This document shows positions 53,451-63,929 of a stretch of 64,000 nt of DNA, in pieces; position 1 is the first letter of the stretch; each line of letters opens with the position of its first letter. The translations under genes and the position numbers were made by a program. A model generated the notes under the pieces. The model was not told the DNA's origin. It was given only the letters and a program-made list of their open reading frames with translations, and searched no databases. Source of the stretch: Podarcis vaucheri. Lineage: Eukaryota. The stretch is from NCBI GenBank assembly GCA_965113315.1, contig OZ220366.1. One strand, written 5' to 3'.

Positions 53451-53963
53451 CATTGTTACACCACACATACAACACATATAAATCGCTTTTTCTTTAGCAG
53501 TCTAGCTGAGTCCTCTATCATCCTCTCTCTTATTTCAGGACAGAGGCTCTGATTATTATTTTTTTTGTGTGTGGTAAAGCTTGCCATGCATGTTCTGCAG
53601 CTGGCCACACATGTTGCGTTACTCTTCTCCCAGTAGCTTTTTTTGTTTTTCATGTTTAAAAGCTGCTCTGTACTCTAGAACAGGCAGTTAGTTACTGGCA
53701 ACTATCCTCTTTCTTCTTAAATCATTTTTACATATATATCATACTTGTAATTATAAACACCAGCAGTAAATATTTCAAAGAGCTGTATCTGTGCAACTCC
53801 CAAGGAAGGAACCAACAAGTCATTCTTTATTTTATACCATGCCTATCAAGGGTGCATCTGTGGCAAATTTCACCTACCAAGGTGATACTAATCAATGTGG
53901 AACACTTGTTTTCAGTTGCATAGGCAGCTCAATATGTCCCCCAAAACAACATGAAATGCTTAC

Positions 53964-54093
53964 CTATGTTCCATCACTTTGTTTCTTGGAACTTCCTTCC
54001 AAAACTGACCCAGTTCTTGTGTTCCTGTTCCAGAACACTGCTCCATTTCTGCTGCCATAATCAAAAAACGATCTTGCAGGGAAGCTGCACAAC
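53964..54093 (-). CDS. MOSPD2: MOSPD2 coding exon, C-terminal half of the MSP domain
   Basis: 130-bp AG/GT exon encoding GCAASLQDRFLIMAAEMEQCSGTGTQELGQFWKEVPRNKVMEHR, in frame with both neighbours. Confidence 0.96.
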
Positions 54094-55112
54094 CTGTTTA
54101 ATCAACATGACAATTTTACTTCCTTTGGATTTAGGCAGAATTTCAAAAGTTTATACACTACAAGGAAAAAAAACCACACCCTTGACTATATCTACATATA
54201 CAAAAAGCTAGTTAGTTACTGAAGATATGCAGTAATTAGAAGCACTGAACAAAATTTGCCAATTCACAAAAGAGTTATGAAAGAGTAGAAGATAGATTCA
54301 GAGATTAAAATGTAAAACTATAAAGGCTGTACCTGCAAGAAAGCCACTACCTGTCATCCTTCTGAAATCATGAAAGTCCCTCAAATGGGGCTTCCTTGAC
54401 TACAAATTTCACCCCTTCATAATTATAGGTGCCCCTCTTAATCTCAATATACAAGGTACCCCTTGTAATTCGCAGACTTTATCTACTCAGCAAATTTTAT
54501 TTATTTTGGTCAAAAGTGGGCATGGGTGGGTAGGTGATAGATTTTTTAAAAAAAACAAAAAATCCCCATAATAGTAGCAGAGAAAGGCAGAAAGAATCAT
54601 CTCTCCAAAGTGGGATTCAGACTTTGAGTCTGAATTGGTGTAAATTGGGCTGTTTTCCAAAGCATGAATGTGGATTCAAATTGTATCTTGTAACCGGTGT
54701 TCAGATCTCATAAGAAGCCCTGGTGGACATAAGCTAATTGTAGGTTCATGAAAATCCCCAAACTGATTTACAGCAGATTCATGGGGCATATAAATAATTT
54801 GGGATTAATTTATTTTACCATATACCTATCACACAGCTGTCCTAAAACAAATTCTTCTAAAATCTAGTTGCTGTAGTTTTTCAAACACAGGTGGTATACA
54901 TTCTAATAGTCTCTCTCTCTCCCCCTCTCCACCCCCCTCTCCCACACACACTTTTGAAAGAATACACTACCTTTTACTTATTCATCCAACATTAAATATG
55001 CAGCCCAATTCCAGAATAAATAAAAAATAACAGTAATTAAATGTTAATAGGATCCAGCATATTTTGAATTTTTAGGGCAGGGCTCAATATAATGTTTACA
55101 CTATATACACAG

Positions 55113-55282
55113 NNNNNNNNNNNNNNNNNNNNNNNNNNNNNNNNNNNNNNNNNNNNNNNNNNNNNNNNNNNNNNNNNNNNNNNNNNNNNNNNNNNNNNNN
55201 NNNNNNNNNNNNNNNNNNNNNNNNNNNNNNNNNNNNNNNNNNNNNNNNNNNNNNNNNNNNNNNNNNNNNNNNNNNNNNNNNN
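55113..55282. other. Assembly gap abutting the fold-back array
   Basis: Run of N. Confidence 1.
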
Positions 55283-55345
55283 GGTACAGGAATGCAGGTT
55301 TTGGTGTCTTCGGGTGTCTTCCCGTGTAAGAGTCGGGGTGTCTGT

Positions 55346-55383
55346 GCGACGTTTCGACGAGGTCTCACTCGTCATCTTCAGGC
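55346..55383 (-). ncRNA. Minimal type I hammerhead ribozyme motif, copy 1
   Basis: GC-CUGAAGA-U-GACGAG(UGAGAC)CUCGUC-GAAA-CG-UC-GC: intact core, 6-bp stem II, palindromic ACGU in place of stem III, GUC cleavage triplet. Only 2 bp of stem I are evident. Confidence 0.75.
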
Positions 55384-55629
55384 TGGTGCTTTCGGCTTCT
55401 TGTTACTGGAACAGAGCAGAGTCTGGTGTTTGAGTTCCTATAAATACTGTTGAGGGGTGTGGTGTATAGCCTCCAACGTTCTGGGCAGAGAGGAAGTTCC
55501 TAGATTAGTGTGCCTTTTCTTCTTTTGTTCCTTAATTACTTGAGGGATATCTTGGGTGATTTCATGAGTGATATTCTGAATACCACTGGGTGGGTCATTA
55601 AGTGTAGATTAGTTGCTAAAGCTTTCGTG

Positions 55630-56046
55630 GAACATCACCACAAGAGAATAATCATGGAAGCCATCGAGATAGAGAAACACCCTCACAACATGAACAAGCG
55701 TGACGACACGTCCCGCCTGCCTGACATCTGGAAATTAGCCCTCCCCACAAAAACCGACACCAGAACCAGAGGCACACAGAACGCCGTCACCAATCAACCA
55801 CACCAGACCCAAACCCAGACCCTCTCCACAGACATATTACAGACTCCATCCAGTAGCCAAACTATAGTGGCACCTCCGGATGCTGCACCCCCCTGCAATC
55901 CCTACACAGATCTGGCTGGCACAAGGCACAAAACCACAGCTCGCCCCTATACACGAAGCCAAGCCAGAGCACAACTAAATGCAGCACAGCCATCTTCTCA
56001 GAAAAACTCTTCACAAGCTCAAGAGGTCAAGACACGAAAGCTTTAG
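55630..56046 (+). pseudogene. 5'-truncated Penelope-like ORF: C-terminus of the GIY-YIG endonuclease plus a low-complexity tail
   Basis: EHHHKRIIMEAIEIEKHPHNMNKRDDTSRLPDIWKLAL fits the R-x2-EAIEI...N-x-N-R-D...L-x3-W pattern that ends Penelope-like endonucleases. The frame is open to TAG at 56046. The listed ORF start at 55510 is an artefact of the inverted arm. Confidence 0.8.
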
Positions 56047-56278
56047 CAACTAATCTACACTTAATGACCCACCCAGTGGTATTCAGAATATCACTCATGA
56101 AATCACCCAAGATATCCCTCAAGTAATTAAGGAACAAAAGAAGAAAAGGCACACTAATCTAGGAACTTCCTCTCTGCCCAGAACGTTGGAGGCTATACAC
56201 CACACCCCTCAACAGTATTTATAGGAACTCAAACACCAGACTCTGCTCTGTTCCAGTAACAAGAAGCCGAAAGCACCA

Positions 56279-56316
56279 GCCTGAAGATGACGAGTGAGAC
56301 CTCGTCGAAACGTCGC
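56279..56316 (+). ncRNA. Minimal type I hammerhead ribozyme motif, copy 2
   Basis: gcCTGAAGAtGACGAGtgagacCTCGTCGAAAcgTCgc, identical to copy 1. Confidence 0.75.
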
Positions 56317-56365
56317 ACAGACACCCCGACTCTTACACGGGAAGACACCCGAAGACACCAAAACC

Positions 56366-56368
<3 letters not shown>

Positions 56369-56400
<32 letters not shown>
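56369..56400. repeat. (TA)n microsatellite between fold-back units 1 and 2
   Basis: Read directly. Further (TA)n tracts lie at about 57219-57266 and 57524-57553. Confidence 0.97.
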
Positions 56401-56403
<3 letters not shown>

Positions 56404-56484
56404 CTTTCGTAGATTTTCACGGGTACAGGAATGCAGGTTTTGGTGTCTTCGGGTGTCTTCCCGTGTAAGAGTCGGGGTGTCTGG

Positions 56485-56522
56485 GCGACGTTTCGACGAG
56501 GTCTCACTCGTCATCTTCAGGC
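56485..56522 (-). ncRNA. Minimal type I hammerhead ribozyme motif, copy 3
   Basis: Exact reverse complement of copy 2. Confidence 0.75.
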
Positions 56523-57128
56523 TGGTGCTTTCGGCTTCTTGTTACTGGAACAGAGCAGAATCTGGTGTTTGAGTTCCTATAAATACTGTTGAGGGGTGTG
56601 GTGTATAGCCTCCAACGTTCTGGGCAGAGAGGAAGTTCCTAGATTAGTGTGCCTTTTCTTCTTTTGTTCCTTAATTACTTGAGGGATATCTTGAGTGATT
56701 TCATGAGTGATATTCTGAATACCACTGGGTGGGTCATTAAGTGTAGATTAGTTGCTAAAGCTTTCGTGTCTTGACCTCTTGAGCTTGTGAAGAGTTTTTC
56801 TGAGAAGATGGCTGTGCTGCATTTAGTTGTGCTCTGGCTTGGCTTCGTGTATAGGGGCGAGCTGTGGTTTTGTGCCTTGTGCCAGCCAGATCTGTGTAGG
56901 GATTGCAGGGGGGTGCAGCATCCGGAGGTGCCACTATAGTTTGGCTACTGGATCACTCAAGATATCCCTCAAGTAATTAAGGAACAAAAGAAGAAAAGGC
57001 ACACTAATCTAGGAACTTCCTCTCTGCCCAGAACGTTGGAGGCTATACACCACACCCCTCAACAGTATTTATAGGAACTCAAACACCAGATTCTGCTCTG
57101 TTCCAGTAACAAGAAGCCGAAAGCACCA

Positions 57129-57166
57129 GCCTGAAGATGACGAGTGAGACCTCGTCGAAACGTCGC
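57129..57166 (+). ncRNA. Minimal type I hammerhead ribozyme motif, copy 4
   Basis: Same 38-nt motif. Confidence 0.75.
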
Positions 57167-57215
57167 CCAGACACCCCGACTCTTACACGGGAAGACACCC
57201 GAAGACACCAAAACC

Positions 57216-57268
<53 letters not shown>

Positions 57269-57348
57269 TTTCGTAGATTTTCACGGGTACAGGAATGCAG
57301 GTTTTGGTGTCTTCGGGTGTCTTCCCGTGTAAGAGTCGGGGTGTCTGG

Positions 57349-57386
57349 GCGACGTTTCGACGAGGTCTCACTCGTCATCTTCAGGC
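57349..57386 (-). ncRNA. Minimal type I hammerhead ribozyme motif, copy 5
   Basis: Same 38-nt motif, reverse complement. Confidence 0.75.
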
Positions 57387-57433
57387 TGGAGCTTTCGGCT
57401 TCTTGTTACTGGAACAAGAAGCCGAAAGCTCCA

Positions 57434-57471
57434 GCCTGAAGATGACGAGTGAGACCTCGTCGAAACGTCGC
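57434..57471 (+). ncRNA. Minimal type I hammerhead ribozyme motif, copy 6
   Basis: Same 38-nt motif. Confidence 0.75.
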
Positions 57472-57520
57472 CCAGACACCCCGACTCTTACACGGGAAGA
57501 CACCCGAAGACACCAAAACC

Positions 57521-57556
<36 letters not shown>

Positions 57557-58127
57557 CAATGACAATCCAAGTGCTCTCCTAATCATTCTAGAAAATAACT
57601 CAAATATCTTTACACTACATCAGTGAGGCTGCTACTTATTTGAAACATGTCCCTAAATGTCAAAGTTTTGATAAGCAAAAATGGTCATTTAAATAGTACA
57701 CAACTTGAACCCGAGGCCTCTTTAACAGTATATTTATTTGTTAATCAGTAGCTAACTTTTTGCATATTTACCGGAAGCATAATAAACAATAGAATTTTTA
57801 GAAACAGGCTACTAATGATAGAGATTTGCAAAGAGATTGAGGAATGAACTTTATTAGGGTTTGTTCTGTTCAAATTTTGGCCTATGGAATTCTACCTATA
57901 AGGGACTGCAAACAGGCCTCTTCTCTCCACTACTGGGGATGAGTGAAAGGTTGCACTGGGAGATGTGGACTAGACAGAAGCAGTCATATGAAATCTGAAC
58001 AGTTATTTGGTTTCACGAATGCTTATGTTCTAGTACATGTACATAGAATTCCAAGCTTGCTGCCAGTAATGTACATTACAGAACTTGTTTATTTCATTCA
58101 TACAATAGTGTAAAAGATTTTACTTAC

Positions 58128-58224
58128 CTCCATGAAGAGATACTATTATATCTAGTGATGTGCCTGGTTCACAGCTGCTGTTACTTGGCTTCACTCTGTA
58201 CTTGTCAGGAGCAGTTGTTCTAAC
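58128..58224 (-). CDS. MOSPD2: MOSPD2 coding exon, MSP domain signature
   Basis: 97-bp AG/GT exon encoding VRTTAPDKYRVKPSNSSCEPGTSLDIIVSLHG. It completes the VAP/MSP signature FKVRTTAPxKYRVKP. Confidence 0.96.
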
Positions 58225-58500
58225 CTAAACAAAGTGTAACTGTATTAAATGCTACCAGTTTTCTTATTTAACAAAGTAGAGGACTAGATTCTACTCACAA
58301 CTTACCAGTAGGACAAAAACTTGATTAGTATTCTCCATTTGTGTTATTTTGCTTCTGAACACTAATCTTCTATTTAACTTCTGCAAAATACCAAACTTTA
58401 CTCTCCGAAGTGTGTGTGTGTGTGGGGGGGGGTATCAACAGGCTTGGGGGAAGCCCAAAGTTTGCAACAAGGACTTGGCATGCACAGTGGCCACGTAATG

Positions 58501-58501
<1 letters not shown>

Positions 58502-58555
<54 letters not shown>

Positions 58556-58566
58556 TGTGTGTGTGC
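58502..58566. repeat. Compound (TG)n(AG)n(TG)n microsatellite
   Basis: Read directly. Confidence 0.95.
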
Positions 58567-59233
58567 ATGTGTGCAATAGCTAAAAGAGGGAAGTATAGGA
58601 TGCAAAATCAGCAGGAGTCTTGAGAACCTTCTGCATGTTTACTCAACAGGAATATATGCGTGCCAGACTGTAACCCTGAACAAGAACACTTCACACTAAC
58701 CTTTTATTGTTGGTACCACTTATCAATAACAAATAACCAATGATAACACCCAATTCTTCTTAAATGTAATCTAAGCAATCACTGTAATAAATTACGTAAA
58801 TTAAGCCAAAGAAAACAATATACTCTTCTGCTCTCAACTCACTGTACTGCTAATTCTTCATTAGGACACCACAAGTTCTAGTATAATGGGAGAATAAGAT
58901 CTCCTCTTTCCATGTAAGTTTTACACACGTTTCCACATTAGCTTTATAAACTGCATATCATGTTCTTCCTTGGGGTATCTTTCCTGATACTTCACTGCTA
59001 TTATCTGGCATTTCACTGCAATATTAAAGTGACAAACATTTGATGAGATCCAGTTATACAGTATAATATAAAAAAATTATAGTTACTCCACCTTTAAGAC
59101 CATTTATCTGATCCTGGTTTGACAGTTTTGTCAGCTTGGCATAGAAAGTTATGCATACCTTCTGAAAACCATTTCATCAGCTATTATGGTTACTATTCAG
59201 TCAGGTTAATCACCACATAAACACAATATTTAC

Positions 59234-59330
59234 CTTAAATGCCACTGTATTTTTGGTCACATTTGTGAGAACGATCAAGCATTTCTTCTCTCCAGTTTCT
59301 TTGGACCCAAAATGCAGTTCTTCTGCTGGA
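59234..59330 (-). CDS. MOSPD2: MOSPD2 coding exon, start of the MSP domain
   Basis: 97-bp AG/GT exon encoding PAEELHFGSKETGEKKCLIVLTNVTKNTVAFK (recalled human: PAEELYFGSTESGEKKTLIVLTNVTKNIVAFK). Confidence 0.96.
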
Positions 59331-61595
59331 CTAATGAAAAATCACAAATTTGTATTAAAGTATTTGCAATGCAGGTTGACAAACTTCATTCATTCTCTTA
59401 AAAATAAAGTTTGTGCTTCTTTAGAACACTATCTGTCAGTTAACAGGCTCTAACCCAATCCTTCAACGTATACTGCTAAATGTAAAATACTTTTAACCGT
59501 CCTTTCAGTGAGCTTTTCACTTGAAAAGCAATTCATACTTCTATTTTACTCATCACATCCAGGACTCATTTTGTGTTCCAAGTTTTAAGAAATACGTGTT
59601 TGGGTAAAATACATATGTATTTTAACAAAGTATCATGAAGCATCAACAAACCAAGGGCAAAACAACTGTTGTCATCTTTTGGGGTAAGTAATATATATAT
59701 ATATTTATGTGTAGTGTTACCTGACATGAAATCACATCACTAGTCCATCTAGCTCAGTACTGTCTACTCTGAATGGCAGCAACTCTCCAAACGCTTTCAC
59801 AGCCCTACTACCGGATATAATTTTTAAATGGAAGATGGGCGAGACAGAATCTGGCTCTTGCGTATGAAAATTGTGAGCTGCGACACTTACGGCCAGCAGG
59901 AACTTCCAAATAGCTGTATCAGTTCAACATTTTAAGAGAAAGCGAAAGTGTTTTACACATGCTGAGGCAAAGTCTGCTCTTGCTATTTTATTTTGTAGCA
60001 GAAATATACGCACTTTTAACACTCAACTCAGTACCTGGGACCCAAAGAGCTATTTTGCATGCACTGAAGGCATGCAAGCAATAGATTCACATTTTGTAAC
60101 ACAACTGCTTTCTGAGCTTTCCTCATCTTTAGAAGAGCTTAGGGGATTTGCTGCTTGAGAAACAGAAGCCCCAGGCTTGGTGCACAGAACCAGTCAGGTG
60201 GCTCTTTGGATCCCAACAAATAGGCATTACAATAATGAATTATGCACACCAACTTATCTGTATAACACTCACAATGCAAAATGAAATTTAAAAATGTGGG
60301 AATATATTTTGCCCAAATTATGACGTTAGATCTGGAAAAAATGTTAGAACATTTCATCTTTATTATAATCTCTATTCCCCTCTCCCATACCCACAAACAC
60401 ATTATGAACCTACAGACACCTAGGTCAGTGAGGTTACTAGCCTGCTGGGGACTGGCTAGCTGAAAAGGTATGGAAAACTGGACTTCTACGCCAGGTGAAG
60501 ATGAAGGGGTTTCACTCCTCCAGCAGTCTGCTTGGTTTCAGAGTGCTGTATTACTCCTCTACCATCCCGCTCACCTGCCACAATGAATTTCATGCACTTG
60601 CTTGCCTATAGTATATGGAATTCCTGACTGCAATGTTGATGTATGTATATCAAATGCTTGGGTGATATACATGACATAACTAGGGTGAAATAATGAAACA
60701 ATCCTTTCTTTTCTGGAAGACAAGTGGAAGTGATGAACTTTTCAATCATTCATTTATAATCACATGAAGAATTTATTTTAGTGACAAAATCAAATGCTAG
60801 AAGTTCTGAATTATGTTTCTTAGGTTGGAATGTTCCTTGGCCATATTAGAAGTTTGTGTTCCAAAATTATCTTCAGTTACCTGCTCAGAAACCTATGTGG
60901 TACACACTTCAGATGTAATCAACATCACAATAATGCAACTGCTACAGATTTCCCACTGCTTCCCCAAAATCTAGATACCAGATTTGTATAAACAAAAACT
61001 TTAATTCAAATTTCTAATGAAACAGTCACATTTTCAAATGCTTTCAAATTCTTACGACACATCAGGATATTTTCTACATATTTTATGTTACAGGTTATGT
61101 AAAAGGAAACATCTATACTTCAACAGGTGTTACAGTTCAATTTACAGACTTTTCTGCACTATACAAATTAACAAAGTAATAATTAAAATCAGAGCAATTT
61201 TGTAGATCTCATTTTTCAACTTAAGGTACAGTATTTGACTCCCACACTATAGCTACCTAACACTAACTGACTACATAATAGGATACTGCTGTGAGGGGTG
61301 GAGAAAGGCAGCTATAATACACTCATAAAATGTGTATCCATCACAACATATTCCAAATTCATTAGAAATCTAGGTGTCTGAACTTCTTTGCGAAAAGAAC
61401 CCTGACTTCATCAACACCACCATGTCCTTCGTAAAGAAACATCATGAGCTTCAGAGAAGACCTCTGAATCAGATGTGAAACAATTCTTAAAATATCAAAT
61501 ATATTTTCCTTCACATTCAAGTAGTTTTCAAGACACAGAACAGCAATATTACAATATAGAAAGAACTACATTTTTAATGAAATTATTATTGATAC

Positions 61596-61708
61596 CTGAT
61601 ATGCAATAAAGGTCCTTTAAAAGTGGTTAGTGCTTTCTTTGCATTTTTTGTTTTGGAATCTTGTTTTTCACACTCTTCTGATTTTGGAGTTTGTTCTGCA
61701 AAATTTGC
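61596..61708 (-). CDS. MOSPD2: MOSPD2 internal coding exon (linker before the MSP domain); most upstream exon found in the window
   Basis: 113-bp exon bounded by AG/GT. It translates to ANFAEQTPKSEECEKQDSKTKNAKKALTTFKGPLLHIS, matching recalled mammalian MOSPD2 ...KKPLSVFKGPLLHIS. Its phase joins the next exon. Confidence 0.93.
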
Positions 61709-63929
61709 CTAGGGAAACAGAAACAAGGAAGACTATTCAGGAATCAATTATATTTTACTATCAAGTAAAATGACATGCCTGCAAATTATGGACTCTGCTT
61801 CATTCACTAAATGAAAGTTATCACGAACTAAACCTACATTTAACAATTTTTTATTTGGGTTTGATATATGGTAAACAGAGTTTTATACGTACTGAAAGTT
61901 TTTCACTTAATGAAGCAAATGTTTTTATTTTTGATAAATGGGAATACACTTTAAGATTAAGATGCTTTGGTGTGTCTGAGGTTTCCTAGACTTCATCCCA
62001 TTTTCTGTCCCACTCCATCACAACATATTCCAAATTTATCAGAAATCCAAGCACAATTTTCAGCTATACAAATTAAACGATTTTGTTTACATGTGTATTA
62101 TTCCAACATCTTGATGAACCTTGGGGACTCTCGAGAGGAATGGCGTTTTGGCTGTCTCTGTTAGCTCTCCTCTGACAGAAGATAATCATGTGGTGATTGA
62201 TAATAGTCAGACAGATGGTCTGACTATTCATAACTCTGGAAGATAAGAGTGATCTGGGAGCAACCTCAAATACTTTGACCAAGGCCATTTTCTGATGTCT
62301 ATGCCTGGCAGCTTAAACAGGAGTTAAAATGAGCTGGCAAGCTGAGAAACTGACATTGTTGCCCATTGTGCACCTTCCATAGTTAGAAAGATCCACCCCC
62401 TCTCAAACACTTCTGGGACAAGCAAAACCGAAACTTAGAGAAATCCCTCTACCAGCTGGTGAAAATTTAATCTGAAAATTTCTAAGTACTGCTTCCTGTT
62501 GTTAAGAAGAACACAAAGGAAAACTAGTTGTTAAAGTGTCTAAGGCAGAGCAAAAAGCTTAATTTATGGTTAGCAATAAAGTTTAAACCAACGAGGGAAT
62601 CCCCTGTATGAAAAATCTTTAACTTCTTTTCTGTTTCTTGCCACTAATGAACTGAAAGTACACCAGCCATTAGTCCAGCAACAGGGAAGAATTTATTGTG
62701 AGAGATCATATCCATAGCCTGTCTTAAGGTGGAAATATTAAGGTAGACTGAGTTGCTAATAATTTCCAAAACATCAAAAGCACCCAGTATGGCAAAAGTA
62801 CATCTGGATCTCCCAATGACTCTTAGTATTGTTCCACAGTTGATTACTGAAAATGACAGGATCGGTGTTTGATAAAACGGGGAAAGAAAATGAATCAGAG
62901 AGATATGAAATGGAAATGGAAAATACTAGAGACTTCAGACCAAATCAATGAAAAGTTGGCAGGACTGAATGATGAAGTAACTATATTGAAGACATGGAAT
63001 GACTTGTCTTAACCTTTTTTTCTTTTACTGGCAGTTGGAAAATAGGTCTGGGTCTGGTCAGTGCCTGAGCAACTGACCACCTGGGATTCACATGTACACT
63101 TCCTTTGGGGTCCATGACAGAATGAAAGTGGGATATTAATGTAAGAACATGAATAAATAAATGCTAGGAGTGTGATGGAATATAGTGCATGCTTTCAAAA
63201 CTGTAAGAGCATTCAGGTAACTATAATGCCCCAAACTGGAAAGGAACATCTAACAGAAAAAACTATGTATATTTAACTCTCCACAGTAACCCATACACAG
63301 TACTTTTAAAAAAGTGAACATAGATGTTACTTGTAACTGCAGTACAGTAGATCCAAATGTGTTACTTTCAAAATGTACTCTCAAATAAAAAGGCGCCCAA
63401 ATTATTGAGACAAAATATTATCAAGGCAGTACCATGTCACATGGATACCACTTTAGTTGACAATCTCTAAATGAGACATCTCTGATAGTAGTTAGGACTT
63501 TAGGGAGAAAAAAAGGCTAAAAGTAAATAAGTAGGAACAACTTATATAGATTCTCTGTTCAGGGTTGCAGGACCAAAACTACTGTAATGCAGACATTACC
63601 TCTGTACATTCCAAGCTCAGATATAGACAAACACGCAGGAAAAGAAAAGGTTGATAAACTTTCTATCACTTAAATCATTTATGAAGTGTTCTAAAGTTCA
63701 CCACTCAAAATTTTAAAGCAGGCAAATTTTGCTGAGTTACTTCACAAAGTAACTCCAGTTCTCATATAAGGTAAAATAAGGAAAGTGTGTGTTTGTGTGT
63801 GAAGTGTCTCCTCTAAGCAAAGTCTTCTGGTATCTCAGAATGATTGCTTAGGATTCCTGGATAACTGGTGCATAATACTAACAGCCAAGCAACACATTCA
63901 CAGGCACAGAATTAGGGTACTGGGAAGGA

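Larger units (their letters stand above)
55283..56370. mobile_element. Penelope-like element fold-back unit 1 (minus arm 55283-55629, plus arm 55630-56370)
   Basis: 338-bp inverted repeat (55292-55629 vs 56033-56370). The plus arm encodes a GIY-YIG endonuclease C-terminal fragment. The left end runs into the assembly gap. Confidence 0.88.
56401..57220. mobile_element. Penelope-like element fold-back unit 2 (minus arm 56401-56953, plus arm 56952-57220)
   Basis: 269-bp inverted repeat (56431-56699 vs 56952-57220), same family as unit 1, flanked by (TA)n on both sides. Confidence 0.88.
57267..57525. mobile_element. Penelope-like element fold-back unit 3 (minus arm 57267-57416, plus arm 57413-57525)
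   Basis: 113-bp inverted repeat (57295-57407 vs 57413-57525) with a 5-nt spacer, flanked by (TA)n. Confidence 0.88.

Noticed and set aside
55510-55629. Hydrophobic N-terminus of the 178-aa ORF as a signal peptide
   Set aside because: It is the antisense reading of the inverted arm, fused by chance to the endonuclease fragment at the inversion junction.
55283-57553. CRISPR-like array of repeated units
   Set aside because: The repeats are long, inverted, lack unique spacers, lie in a vertebrate intron and are linked to a Penelope-like endonuclease fragment. There are no cas genes.
56209-57582. Repeated ORFs such as MTSETSSKRRPDTPTLTREDTRRHQ and IYIYIY tracts
   Set aside because: These are translations of the non-coding terminal repeat and (TA)n. 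They recur on both strands only because of the inverted repeats.
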